From a bacterium (GTDB taxonomy: Bacteria; UBP4; UBA4092; JAOAEQ01): DNA of 55,311 bases. This document shows positions 35,562 through 44,260 of the stretch, piece after piece. The DNA lies in the NCBI GenBank assembly GCA_041946755.1, contig JBHGBB010000001.1, forward strand, positions 1 through 55,311, in the 5' to 3' direction. The position numbers were made by a program, and so were the translations under genes. Under the pieces are notes generated by a model. That model saw only the letters and a program-made list of their open reading frames with translations. It was not told the origin of the DNA and searched no databases. Every line of letters begins with the position of its first letter. Position 1 is the stretch's first letter.

Positions 35562-35592
35562 AATGTCTCTCCTCTAGTATAAAATAAGGTGA

Positions 35593-36690
35593 TTATTTAG
35601 GATTTGGCTTCATCAGGAAATCAAGTACCTTCTTATTTACCAATTCTGCCTGAACGATGGTTAAATCATGACCGGCATTGGGAATAATCTCCGTTTGTAT
35701 CTGTGGCGCAATGGTATTAAGCCGTTGAACCGCACTATTTGCAGAATATAGTTTCTCATGTTCTCCAACTAAAAAGAGGATTGGCACTTTAATACTTTGC
35801 AACTCTTGATTGGTTAATACGGTTGGAGTCACTGGCATCCGCATTTTAAAACATTTCAAACCGAGCATGGCATCATCAACCAGTTTATTTATTTGAGTTA
35901 CACTCACCGTATCTTTTCTTTTATTTAAATCCTCAAACAGCCAGGCGATCATATACTTTCGCATAAAATATCGATGCGGGATAGCGGATAAGATAGCGCG
36001 CCAAGCCCATTCTCCCGGTATATCTTCGATAGTTGCTACCGGAGCGACCCAGACCACCTTATTTAACCGATTAGGATGCGCTAATGTGTATTGGCTGGTA
36101 AGCCAACCACCAAATGAAAGCCCCATGAGATTTATATGGTCTCCCAGTTCAAGAGCGGTAAACAGTTCATCCAGCCAATTCGTCATATCCTGAGAAGTCT
36201 TAATGTTCTTCGTATTGATACTTCTTCCAAAATCATAGATATTATCGACTGCATAGACTCGGTATTGACCGGATAGCGATTTAATATTAGGAATCCAGAT
36301 CAGATGGGTTGCGCTGGTTGATGGTAATAGGACTAACGGCGGTGCGGTTTTCGGGCCGCTAATCCGAACAAACGTTTTCCCATACGAGGTTTCGACTAGT
36401 TTAGATTCCGAATCTACCGGCCATTCCCGGGCACGGGTATCATAATAGGCTAAATAGCGGGCTTTCGCTTTCGCCGATTTAAACGGATAGTATTCAGGTA
36501 TTTTCGATATATCGGGTGGAGTGAATAAAGAGGTTACAAACCAGGAGAAGGCAATAATAATGATAACGATAATTGCACCTAATCCGAGCAATACTTTTTT
36601 TAATATTGACCTCTTCCGGCGCGGCGCATTATTTGGATTGCTAATTTTAGACTGCATTTGGTTTAATTGTTCTCGATCATCATCTGGCAT
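35593..36690 (-). CDS. membrane-anchored alpha/beta hydrolase
   Basis: N-terminal TM helix (LLGLGAIIVIIIIAFSWFVTSLF), nucleophile elbow GLSFGGW, C-terminal NAGHD. Confidence 0.7.
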   Translation of the reverse strand: MPDDDREQLNQMQSKISNPNNAPRRKRSILKKVLLGLGAIIVIIIIAFSWFVTSLFTPPDISKIPEYYPFKSAKAKARYLAYYDTRAREWPVDSESKLVETSYGKTFVRISGPKTAPPLVLLPSTSATHLIWIPNIKSLSGQYRVYAVDNIYDFGRSINTKNIKTSQDMTNWLDELFTALELGDHINLMGLSFGGWLTSQYTLAHPNRLNKVVWVAPVATIEDIPGEWAWRAILSAIPHRYFMRKYMIAWLFEDLNKRKDTVSVTQINKLVDDAMLGLKCFKMRMPVTPTVLTNQELQSIKVPILFLVGEHEKLYSANSAVQRLNTIAPQIQTEIIPNAGHDLTIVQAELVNKKVLDFLMKPNPK

Positions 36691-36867
36691 AGATAATAGT
36701 TTACCATGAAGTATACTCCGAGGCTATCTCGGGGACATAAAAGAATTAAAGAATCATATCAAATTTATCCCTTTAATCCACCTTAGGCAGACTCAAGCTA
36801 AACATTTAGTATTTTGCAATGCTAAATTTACATTTTAAATTGATGTTTTTGCATTTGATGTATTCGC

Positions 36868-36896
36868 TATAATGAGAATAGATCATATTTTTTCTT
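36868..36896. repeat. 30-nt direct repeat, copy 1 (TATAATGAGAATAGATCATATTTTTTCTT)
   Basis: Copy 2 at 37259-37288 (TATAATGAGAATAAATCATACTTTTTTCTT) has one substitution and one indel. The two copies flank the 109-aa ORF. Confidence 0.85.
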
Positions 36897-37225
36897 TAAC
36901 CGCATTGAAAAACACTTATGGTTTCTAGGCAATCAAAACAGAAAAAAATGTAGATTATCCCAACATCTCCAAACATATACCGCTGATCGTCAGACAAACA
37001 ATCAACCGCATGGGGATTATGCGGTTCGTCATGTTCGATAGAATCAATTTGACCGATAAATGTCATCTTTTCATTGCAGGATGGGCATATGGGAGTTTCA
37101 TCATACTGTTCCCAATCAGGTTTGCCACCTAATTTACTGCGCAATCCAAGTTCTTTATGTTCTATTACCGGTTTATCTTCTATTATCGGGATAAATTGCA
37201 TTTCATATTGTCGAAGTGGTTTCAT
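36896..37225 (-). CDS. small zinc-ribbon protein, DUF1963/YwqG-like (hypothetical)
   Basis: SKLGGKPDWEQ....CPSC..KMTFIGQI.......GDVGIIYIFFCFDC resembles a truncated YwqG-type pattern. AAAGGAGAAG RBS. Confidence 0.4.
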   Translation of the reverse strand: MKPLRQYEMQFIPIIEDKPVIEHKELGLRSKLGGKPDWEQYDETPICPSCNEKMTFIGQIDSIEHDEPHNPHAVDCLSDDQRYMFGDVGIIYIFFCFDCLETISVFQCG

Positions 37226-37309
37226 GCTCTTCTCCTTTTTATAATCGATTAATAAGTATATAATGAGAATAAATCATACTTTTTTCTTCGCTGATTATGC
37301 AAACTAATC

Positions 37310-37395
37310 TACCACGAAAACGCGAAAGATATAAAGCTTGGAATATGCTTATATAATTTAGCTATCATCTCGATTTTGTTTTTCACGTTTTCGTC
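37310..37395. repeat. CACGAAA-array palindromic element (degenerate)
   Basis: TACCACGAAAACGCGAAAG - loop - TTTTTCACGTTTTCGTC. Confidence 0.7.
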
Positions 37396-37557
37396 TGTCA
37401 TGCAGAAGTAATCTATTTGTAGGTTGGTACAATTACTTTTGATTTAACTTTTGGATGGAAAGCTTTGCGATAGATAAAGAAAATTATTCTTTAGCTTTTG
37501 ATAAATATAGTATGAAACTCTAATAGGCAAATTCTATTATATTAGAATAAGTTATAT

Positions 37558-38037
37558 TCAACCTTTCTCCACAATTTGTCTTAAATGATTTTTAGATGAA
37601 TCTACTAATCCCTTTAAATCTGCCCAATCTGACGAATAAACAATCTTTTTATTTCGGATTATATCGCTCCATTTTTTATATTCTTTCTGCATATTATCGG
37701 CTTCGGTTTTATATATATCATTATGCCGCTGATAAAATCCTGAAATCTGAGATAAATAACCCAAGTAATCACCTGCTTCTTCCACACCTGATATAATTAT
37801 TGAATCTGCAACAATTTGTGCGTCTTTAATTAGAGTGTTATGTGCTTCTATTTTGATTTTCTCTACTGAATTTTTATGTTCATACCAGAAAATGAATCCA
37901 ATAGAGATAGATGAAAATAATAATGATATCACTATCAAACTTATTTTAAATTTGATTTTATCTCGTAAAAAAGAAATAATACTAATAATTCCTGCTGCTA
38001 AACTAATAATTGCTATAATAATATTTAATATAATCAT
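37558..38037 (-). CDS. hypothetical membrane protein in a very AT-rich segment
   Basis: 159 aa; two N-terminal TM helices and a predicted helical C-terminus; no recognisable domain. Confidence 0.4.
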   Translation of the reverse strand: MIILNIIIAIISLAAGIISIISFLRDKIKFKISLIVISLLFSSISIGFIFWYEHKNSVEKIKIEAHNTLIKDAQIVADSIIISGVEEAGDYLGYLSQISGFYQRHNDIYKTEADNMQKEYKKWSDIIRNKKIVYSSDWADLKGLVDSSKNHLRQIVEKG

Positions 38038-38533
38038 ATTATCTCTGGTGAATGATTATTCTATGCAATTCTGTAAATCACATAGATAACATTTGTTAGA
38101 AAATATACATTGTTATTTTATTTCTGACTTTTCCCTTCAAGATTATAATACGGAAGTTCAATAAAACGCAAAGTTTTTTCGGATTTTAAGGTTGCTTTTT
38201 AATGCGACAAAAAACCGGTTAAGGACAAAAAATAAGATAGAATAAAAAATCATTGTACCCTCTCTTCGACCCAACTTTAGTTAAGGGTTATTCCCGATTT
38301 ATCGGGATAAACAATTAATTATTATAAAGATGAACTAAAGTTCATAAACCGTAGGTTAAAACCTCGTCGAAAGTACCGTCATTAGTATAATCTTGCTCAA
38401 TGGTTTTTAGGAGGTTTTGGTGGGATTATCGGGAGTTTGATACGGAATTGGTCGGACCAATTCGGGTTGAAATCCGGGAGAAAGACATAATAGGACGCAG
38501 ATAGACCATAGATTTAGTAGATATATACGGAAA

Positions 38534-38595
38534 GTAGGGGCGAGTCAGTGACTCGACCGTAGAATATATCGGGCGACCCAATGGGTCGCCCCTAC
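38534..38595. repeat. REP doublet (REPIN-like), second copy
   Basis: GTAGGGGCGAGTCAGTGACTCGACC..ATCGGGCGACCCAATGGGTCGCCCCTAC. Confidence 0.85.
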
Positions 38596-38831
38596 CACCA
38601 TAATAAAATCAATAGTTTATACTAACGTTGACCTATTATCAAATTGAGAATAGGTCAAGATATAAGATTAAGGGTTCAAAAAATTGCGCCCCTACTCCAT
38701 AGCAAACTGCAAAATTTGCAGTTTGCTTAACTATAATATATATAATAGTTTATACCAACGTTGTATTATACGCCAATGGCGTAAAATACAAAATGGAAGA
38801 GGTAAATACGCAAAATTCGCTTAAATGGCGG

Positions 38832-40316
38832 TTAAAATATAAGTGGAGTACCAGTCATTTCAGCTGGCGGGGTAATACCAATCAGTTTTAAAATAGTAGG
38901 CGCAACATCTTCCAAGATACCGCTAGACCGTAGTTTTAATTGTTCTTGATAACCGATAATGATAAAAGGAGCATTGCTGCCCGATGTGAGTTGCGAAATA
39001 TGGGATGTGCGGGTACTGGTAATCAGAACCAATCCATGTTGCGCCAGGGTAGCATCAACTACTTGGCTAACGCAATCGTCAACAACTGCAATCGCTTTTT
39101 GATATGCTTCAAGGTTGCCGGTATGCGCTACCATAACCGGATTCGCATAAGTAATTAATATAAAGTCATAAGTCCCGGATTTAATCTTATCAACCGCTAC
39201 TTCGGTTAAAGGGATAGCGCTCATTTCCGGTTTCTTATCATAGGCATCGACTTTAGGGGAATGGATTAAAACCCGGTCTTCTTTTTTCCCCGGGTTATCC
39301 TGCATGCCGTTGAAGAAATAGGTTACATGCGCATATCGTTCGGTTTCAGCCAGCCGGAGTTGAGGTAATCTGTTTTCGCTCAGAACTTCGCCTAAGGTAT
39401 TCTTAAGTTCCGGTTTCGGGAATATCGATGGAATGCCGGTAATCCCTTCATAATCGGTTAAAGTCAGATATTCCGATTGTGGGATTCTCTCCCGGTTAAA
39501 CTCGGTAAACTCTAATACCGTTAGACTGGTCAATAGTTCTCGGCATCGGTCACCCCGGAAATTGAAGAAGATTACCAAATCCCCATCGTCGATAGTCGCT
39601 ACCGGCTCTTGAGTCCGGGTAGTCAGAACTGTCGGAGTAATAAATTCATCGGTCTCTTTATGTTTATAGGCATATTTCATTGCGCTAGCCGCGGTGGGGA
39701 AAGTTAATCCTTTTCCCATAACCAATGCCTGATAACTCTGATGAACGCGCTGCCATTGCTGGTTCCGGTCCATAGCATAATATCTGCCGAGGATAGTCGC
39801 TAATCGCCCGATACCCATTTCTTTAACCTTCGCTTCTACCGATTCGAGATACTGCATCCCGGATTTCGGATCGGCAGTATCTCTCCCATCCATAATTGCA
39901 TGGAGATATACCTTTTTCAAGTCCGATTGTTTCGCCAATTCTAATAAGGCATAGAGGTGGTTAAGATGGCTATGAATCCCGGCATCGGAAAAGAGCCCGA
40001 TTAAATGGAGTTTGGTCTTTTTCTCTTTAATCCGGTTGAAAGCGTCAAGAAGGGTTTGATTAGCAGCCAAGCTCCCATCGTCAATTGCTTTATTTATTCT
40101 CGCCAATTCGGTATATATAATCCGACCGGCACCGAGATTCAGATGGCCGGATTCGCTATTTCCCGGCTGCCCTTCAGGTAATCCCATATCGATACCAGCT
40201 ACTTTAAGCTCGGTATGCGGATACTCTTTTAGATACGCCTCTAAATGCGGCGCATTATTTATCGGTAATCCCAGACCATCAATATTAATCAGAACTAGAG
40301 GTTTATATTTATCCAT
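38832..40316 (-). CDS. gpmI: 2,3-bisphosphoglycerate-independent phosphoglycerate mutase
   Basis: NSESGHLNLGAGR, LIGLFSDAGIHSH and DGRD motifs. ATG 40316 preferred over TTG 40343. Confidence 0.88.
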   Translation of the reverse strand: MDKYKPLVLINIDGLGLPINNAPHLEAYLKEYPHTELKVAGIDMGLPEGQPGNSESGHLNLGAGRIIYTELARINKAIDDGSLAANQTLLDAFNRIKEKKTKLHLIGLFSDAGIHSHLNHLYALLELAKQSDLKKVYLHAIMDGRDTADPKSGMQYLESVEAKVKEMGIGRLATILGRYYAMDRNQQWQRVHQSYQALVMGKGLTFPTAASAMKYAYKHKETDEFITPTVLTTRTQEPVATIDDGDLVIFFNFRGDRCRELLTSLTVLEFTEFNRERIPQSEYLTLTDYEGITGIPSIFPKPELKNTLGEVLSENRLPQLRLAETERYAHVTYFFNGMQDNPGKKEDRVLIHSPKVDAYDKKPEMSAIPLTEVAVDKIKSGTYDFILITYANPVMVAHTGNLEAYQKAIAVVDDCVSQVVDATLAQHGLVLITSTRTSHISQLTSGSNAPFIIIGYQEQLKLRSSGILEDVAPTILKLIGITPPAEMTGTPLIF

Positions 40317-40371
40317 AACTGTAATAAGTAAATCGATAAACAAAAAAACAGCAGGAAACTAACGACAAAAT

Positions 40372-40500
40372 AAAATTCGAATACCAAAATCCGAAATCCG
40401 AAACAATAATACAAAAGGAAAATCAATTAAAACTTTAGTTTGTATTATTGTTGTTTCTCTTTTTACTTCGAATTTCGATATTCGATATTCGAATTTGCTT
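40372..40500. repeat. long imperfect hairpin built from CGAA(A/T)ATCGAA-type tandem units
   Basis: AAATTCGAATACCAAAATCCGAAATCCGAAACAATAATACAAA ... TTTGTATTATTGTTGTTTC ... CTTCGAATTTCGATATTCGATATTCGAATTT. A half copy is at 51036-51070. Confidence 0.8.
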
Positions 40501-40503
40501 CAC

Positions 40504-41445
40504 CTAATCATCTTTCTGTTTGGTAATATTATCCAGCAGTTTCCGGTCAAGGTCTTTTGCGGCATTATATCCCATGCGTTTCAAGCGCTGGTTCATCGCC
40601 CCGACTTCTACTAAGATGGAGATATTCCGACTCGGTCGAACCGGAATAGTTAATACCGGTATTTCTACTCCGAGAATTTCGATCGTTTTCTCCGATAATC
40701 CGGTCCGGTCATATTCTTTACTATCCGACCATTCTTCCAATTGGGTTACCAACGAAACCCGTTTCCGGGTACGTACTGAGCTAATCCCATATAAATGTTG
40801 GATATTGATGATACCCAACCCCCGGATTTCCATATGATATTTGATTACATCCGACCCATACCCCATCAAGACATTCCCGGCAATCAGATCGATATGCACC
40901 ACATCATCTGCTACCAGCCGATGTCCCCGATGGATCAATTCTAATGCCGTTTCACTTTTCCCGATACCTGAAGGACCCAGAATCAATACTCCGACTCCAT
41001 AAATATCGACTAAAACTCCATGCATGGTAATATGGGGAGCGAATTTCACTTCCAGATAGTTGGAAAGCAAACTAATAAATCTGGTAGTCGGTAAATGCGA
41101 CCGGAAGATGCAGGTGTTATACTTATTACCCAACTCAATCAACGCCGGTGGCGGCTCCAGTTCGGTAGTAACAATAAAACAAGGGGTTTTATCGGTAAAC
41201 AATCGCAAGAAGCGGTCATATCGTTCAGGTTCCGGTACGGTGTTAATATAGGTTATTTCAGTTATCCCAATAATCTGGATTCGTTCATGCGCGAAATGCT
41301 GCAGAAACCCGGATAACCCTAACTGCGGCCGGTTGATATCAGCAGAAGTAATCTTCTTCTGCAATCCGCCTTCTCCGGCAACCAAATCCAGTTCCAGCTC
41401 TTTCCCTTCTTCTCCGATAAGTTCTTTAACCGTTATTTCTAGCAT
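40504..41445 (-). CDS. hprK: HPr kinase/phosphorylase
   Basis: P-loop GPSGIGKSETALELI and LEIRGLGIINI-like MEIRGLGIINIQ. ATG 41445 chosen because the longer track start is encoded by the repeat element. Confidence 0.9.
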   Translation of the reverse strand: MLEITVKELIGEEGKELELDLVAGEGGLQKKITSADINRPQLGLSGFLQHFAHERIQIIGITEITYINTVPEPERYDRFLRLFTDKTPCFIVTTELEPPPALIELGNKYNTCIFRSHLPTTRFISLLSNYLEVKFAPHITMHGVLVDIYGVGVLILGPSGIGKSETALELIHRGHRLVADDVVHIDLIAGNVLMGYGSDVIKYHMEIRGLGIINIQHLYGISSVRTRKRVSLVTQLEEWSDSKEYDRTGLSEKTIEILGVEIPVLTIPVRPSRNISILVEVGAMNQRLKRMGYNAAKDLDRKLLDNITKQKDD

Positions 41446-41455
41446 AGTAAAGGCA

Positions 41456-41573
41456 GTCCTAAGTCTTAAGTCCAAAAACGAAAAATTATAAACTTCAAAC
41501 TGAAGTCCTAAGTCCGAAGTCTTAAGTCTAGAAACTTTTCCACCTTAGGATTTAGGACTAAAGCCTTAGGACT
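41456..41573. repeat. imperfect inverted tandem-nonamer hairpin (AGTCCTAAG family)
   Basis: AGTCCTAAGTCTTAAGTCC...GAAGTCCTAAGTCCGAAGTCTTAAGTC - loop - CCTTAGGATTTAGGACTAAAGCCTTAGGACT. Confidence 0.85.
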
Positions 41574-41579
41574 GATTTT

Positions 41580-42125
41580 CTACTCTCTGGTAATCAATCC
41601 GAAATTGCCGTCTTTCCGGCGATAGATAACATTTAATTCGTTGGTCTTATCATTTACAAAAACCACAAAAGTCTGGTTGGTTAAATCCATCTGCATCGCC
41701 GCTTCATCAATCGACATCGGTTTTACAGTCGATCGGCTGGACTTAATAATCTGCGGTTCTTCCTGCTCTTGTTCCAATTCTTCAGGTTCTATTACTTCAT
41801 AGAGGAATCCATATTCTTTCGTTCCCCGGTTCTTTTTCCGATGTTTGGTAATCCGTTCTTTATACCGGTTCAACTTCCGTTCCAGTTTATCGACCACATT
41901 ATCCACTGACGCAAGAATATCGGTGGTTTCTTCCTGCATGGCAACTTTCAAACCGTTAGCATCGATATTAACTTCTGCAATCTGCCGATGTTTTTCAGCG
42001 GTTAAGGTAACATGGACTTCCAGAATATGATTGAAATATTTTTCCAACCGCTGTATTTTCTTTTCGACATAGGTTTTAATCGGTTCGGTAATCTCTAAAT
42101 GCCGCCCGGTGATAACAATTTGCAT
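41580..42125 (-). CDS. hpf: ribosome hibernation promoting factor (long form)
   Basis: MQIVITGRHLEITEPIKTYVEKKIQRLEKYF N-terminus; C-terminal dimerisation domain KPMSIDEAAMQMDL...FVVFVN...NVIYRRKDGNFGLI. Confidence 0.9.
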   Translation of the reverse strand: MQIVITGRHLEITEPIKTYVEKKIQRLEKYFNHILEVHVTLTAEKHRQIAEVNIDANGLKVAMQEETTDILASVDNVVDKLERKLNRYKERITKHRKKNRGTKEYGFLYEVIEPEELEQEQEEPQIIKSSRSTVKPMSIDEAAMQMDLTNQTFVVFVNDKTNELNVIYRRKDGNFGLITRE

Positions 42126-42227
42126 AATGATTTATGCTCCCTTCACAAAATAATGTATTACCTTTATACTATTATATACTTTTGATATTTAAAATTGGGA
42201 TTTTATTTGGTATTGTTTCTATCTCTA

Positions 42228-42950
42228 TTATATATTAAATTTCTCACCTAAATAAATCTCGCGCGCTTTTTCATCGTTTAACAGTTTTTCCGCACTTCCT
42301 GCAACCAGTACTTTCCCCTGATGAATGATATATGCATGGTCGGTAATCGCCAAAGTATCCCGAACATTATGGTCGGTAATCAGAATCCCAATCCCTTGCT
42401 TTTTCAAATCCTGAATCAACGACTGGATTTCTGAAACCGTTATCGGGTCAACACCGAGAAATGGTTCGTCTAATAAAAAGAATGCCGGAGAACCGAGCAT
42501 CGCCCGGGCGATTTCCAATCGTCTTCGTTCCCCACCGGATAACGTTTCTGCTTTATTTTTCGCCAGATGCTCTAATCCCAGTTCAACCAGCGCATCGATC
42601 GCTTTTTGTCTCCTTTCACTAGCCGATAAATCCGAAAATTCCAAAATCGCTAAGAGATTCTGTTCTACCGTTAATTTCCGGAATATCGATGGCTCTTGCG
42701 AGAGAAATCCTAACCCGGCTCGCGCTCTTCGATGGAGCGGTAAATGGGTTACATCCTGCCCGCGTAACGTAATCGTCCCGGAATCGGGCTTGATAATCCC
42801 CATGATCATATGGAATGTAGTACTTTTCCCGGCACCGTTCGGTCCGAGTAACCCTACGATTTTCCCGGGTTCTACTTCGATATCAACTCCATCGACTACC
42901 CGCCGTTTCCGATATGTTTTAATCAATTGATGCGCTTGTAAGGTTTCCAT
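42228..42950 (-). CDS. lptB: LPS export ABC transporter ATP-binding protein
   Basis: Walker A GPNGAGKST, signature LSGGERRRLEIARA, Walker B FFLLDEPF, and the C-terminal ...REIYLGEKF typical of LptB. Confidence 0.85.
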   Translation of the reverse strand: METLQAHQLIKTYRKRRVVDGVDIEVEPGKIVGLLGPNGAGKSTTFHMIMGIIKPDSGTITLRGQDVTHLPLHRRARAGLGFLSQEPSIFRKLTVEQNLLAILEFSDLSASERRQKAIDALVELGLEHLAKNKAETLSGGERRRLEIARAMLGSPAFFLLDEPFLGVDPITVSEIQSLIQDLKKQGIGILITDHNVRDTLAITDHAYIIHQGKVLVAGSAEKLLNDEKAREIYLGEKFNI

Positions 42951-43846
42951 TATAGATTAAGATACTCGTTGGTAGAAATAATTCGATACCTGCTTGAGAT
43001 ATGGCTTAACATCCGCTGGAATAAATCTATTCTTTCTTCGACTGGTTTTAAAATCCATTTCAGTTTTGGGATCCGTAAATCTTCGAACCAGTCAACTAAA
43101 TCTACCCCATGAAAAACGAATACTAACGGTAGATTCAATCGCGATAACCAATTCACCGCAGAGGTAAAATACCACCAGCCGAACCGCATCGCAAAACTGC
43201 TATGGATCGGAGTTCGAATTAAAGGATAAACACTAATCGGTATTTCCCATACTTGCCTTGTCCCCGATTTCCAAATATACTCCGGGTCCGGATGATATTT
43301 ATTAAGTGGTGCTCTGCTATATTTAATTTTACCATAACTAGCATTAGATTTTGTATTTATCGCGGTTCCTCTTGATTCAAGGCTGCGGATTACACCCGAC
43401 CAGTATGTAGGAAAAATCGATGAATCGTATAGATAGCCGCGCTCCTGCAAAATGGATATGGTCTCACTATCGATAGCATACGATGGCGCCCGGAATCCGA
43501 TTACCGGTTGTTCTGTCAACCGGTTGATTAGCCGTTCCGCAATTTCTATTTCCCGCTGTTTTTCTGATAACGTTAATACCGAGAAATTCCGGGGATGCGT
43601 ATAACTATGGTTGGCGAGTTCATGTCCGGCATCCGCAATCGATTTAATTACCGCAGCTGATTGGGGTACTTCCAAATCACTGCCGACAATAAAAAAAGTC
43701 GACTCTAGATTAAACTCGCGAAATAATGAGAGAAACCGGGGAACACTTTGTTCAAAGACCGGATCTTTTGCATGCGATACTTCTATCCCATGATGCTGAA
43801 ATATCGTCCATATTCCATCAAGATCGACTTGGATGATTGCTTCCAT
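42950..43846 (-). CDS. polysaccharide deacetylase (NodB-like) family protein
   Basis: VDLDG... and ELANHSYTHP motifs. ATG 43846 preferred over TTG 43891. Confidence 0.65.
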   Translation of the reverse strand: MEAIIQVDLDGIWTIFQHHGIEVSHAKDPVFEQSVPRFLSLFREFNLESTFFIVGSDLEVPQSAAVIKSIADAGHELANHSYTHPRNFSVLTLSEKQREIEIAERLINRLTEQPVIGFRAPSYAIDSETISILQERGYLYDSSIFPTYWSGVIRSLESRGTAINTKSNASYGKIKYSRAPLNKYHPDPEYIWKSGTRQVWEIPISVYPLIRTPIHSSFAMRFGWWYFTSAVNWLSRLNLPLVFVFHGVDLVDWFEDLRIPKLKWILKPVEERIDLFQRMLSHISSRYRIISTNEYLNL

Positions 43847-43892
43847 TATAAATAAAAGCCGTTGGGGTCGATGGATACCAACCCCTCGCAAC

Positions 43893-44144
43893 CTATTCAG
43901 ATTTGGTTTCAGAACTCTTCTTTTCTTTTGAGCCCACTAATTGTATCAATGCTAAGGCAATCGCAAATAACAAACAGGTGTCGGTAAACCGTAACAAAGC
44001 ATCTGCACTTATACCCATAAACCAGGGTAGAACGGCTTTCCCATTAACCTGAAAATTCTGAATGCGCGCGATGACACTAAGAATAATGCAGATAACCGCT
44101 GCTCGAAGAAATATTTTTGAAAATATGCTACTTAATGATTCCAT
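43893..44144 (-). CDS. small hypothetical membrane protein
   Basis: 83 aa with two hydrophobic helices. Confidence 0.4.
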   Translation of the reverse strand: MESLSSIFSKIFLRAAVICIILSVIARIQNFQVNGKAVLPWFMGISADALLRFTDTCLLFAIALALIQLVGSKEKKSSETKSE

Positions 44145-44170
44145 CTTGTTATTCCCTCCCCTCTCAAAGC

Positions 44171-44257
44171 AGACTTCAGTCTTAAGTCCGAAGTCTTAAG
44201 CCCAAAAACCCAAAAAACATATTTTGCTTAGGACTTAGGACTATTTACTTGGGACTG
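44171..44257. repeat. imperfect inverted tandem-nonamer hairpin (AGTCCTAAG family), second locus
   Basis: AGACTTCAGTCTTAAGTCCGAAGTCTTAAG ... CTTAGGACTTAGGACTATTTACTTGGGACT. Confidence 0.8.
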
Positions 44258-44260
44258 TAG

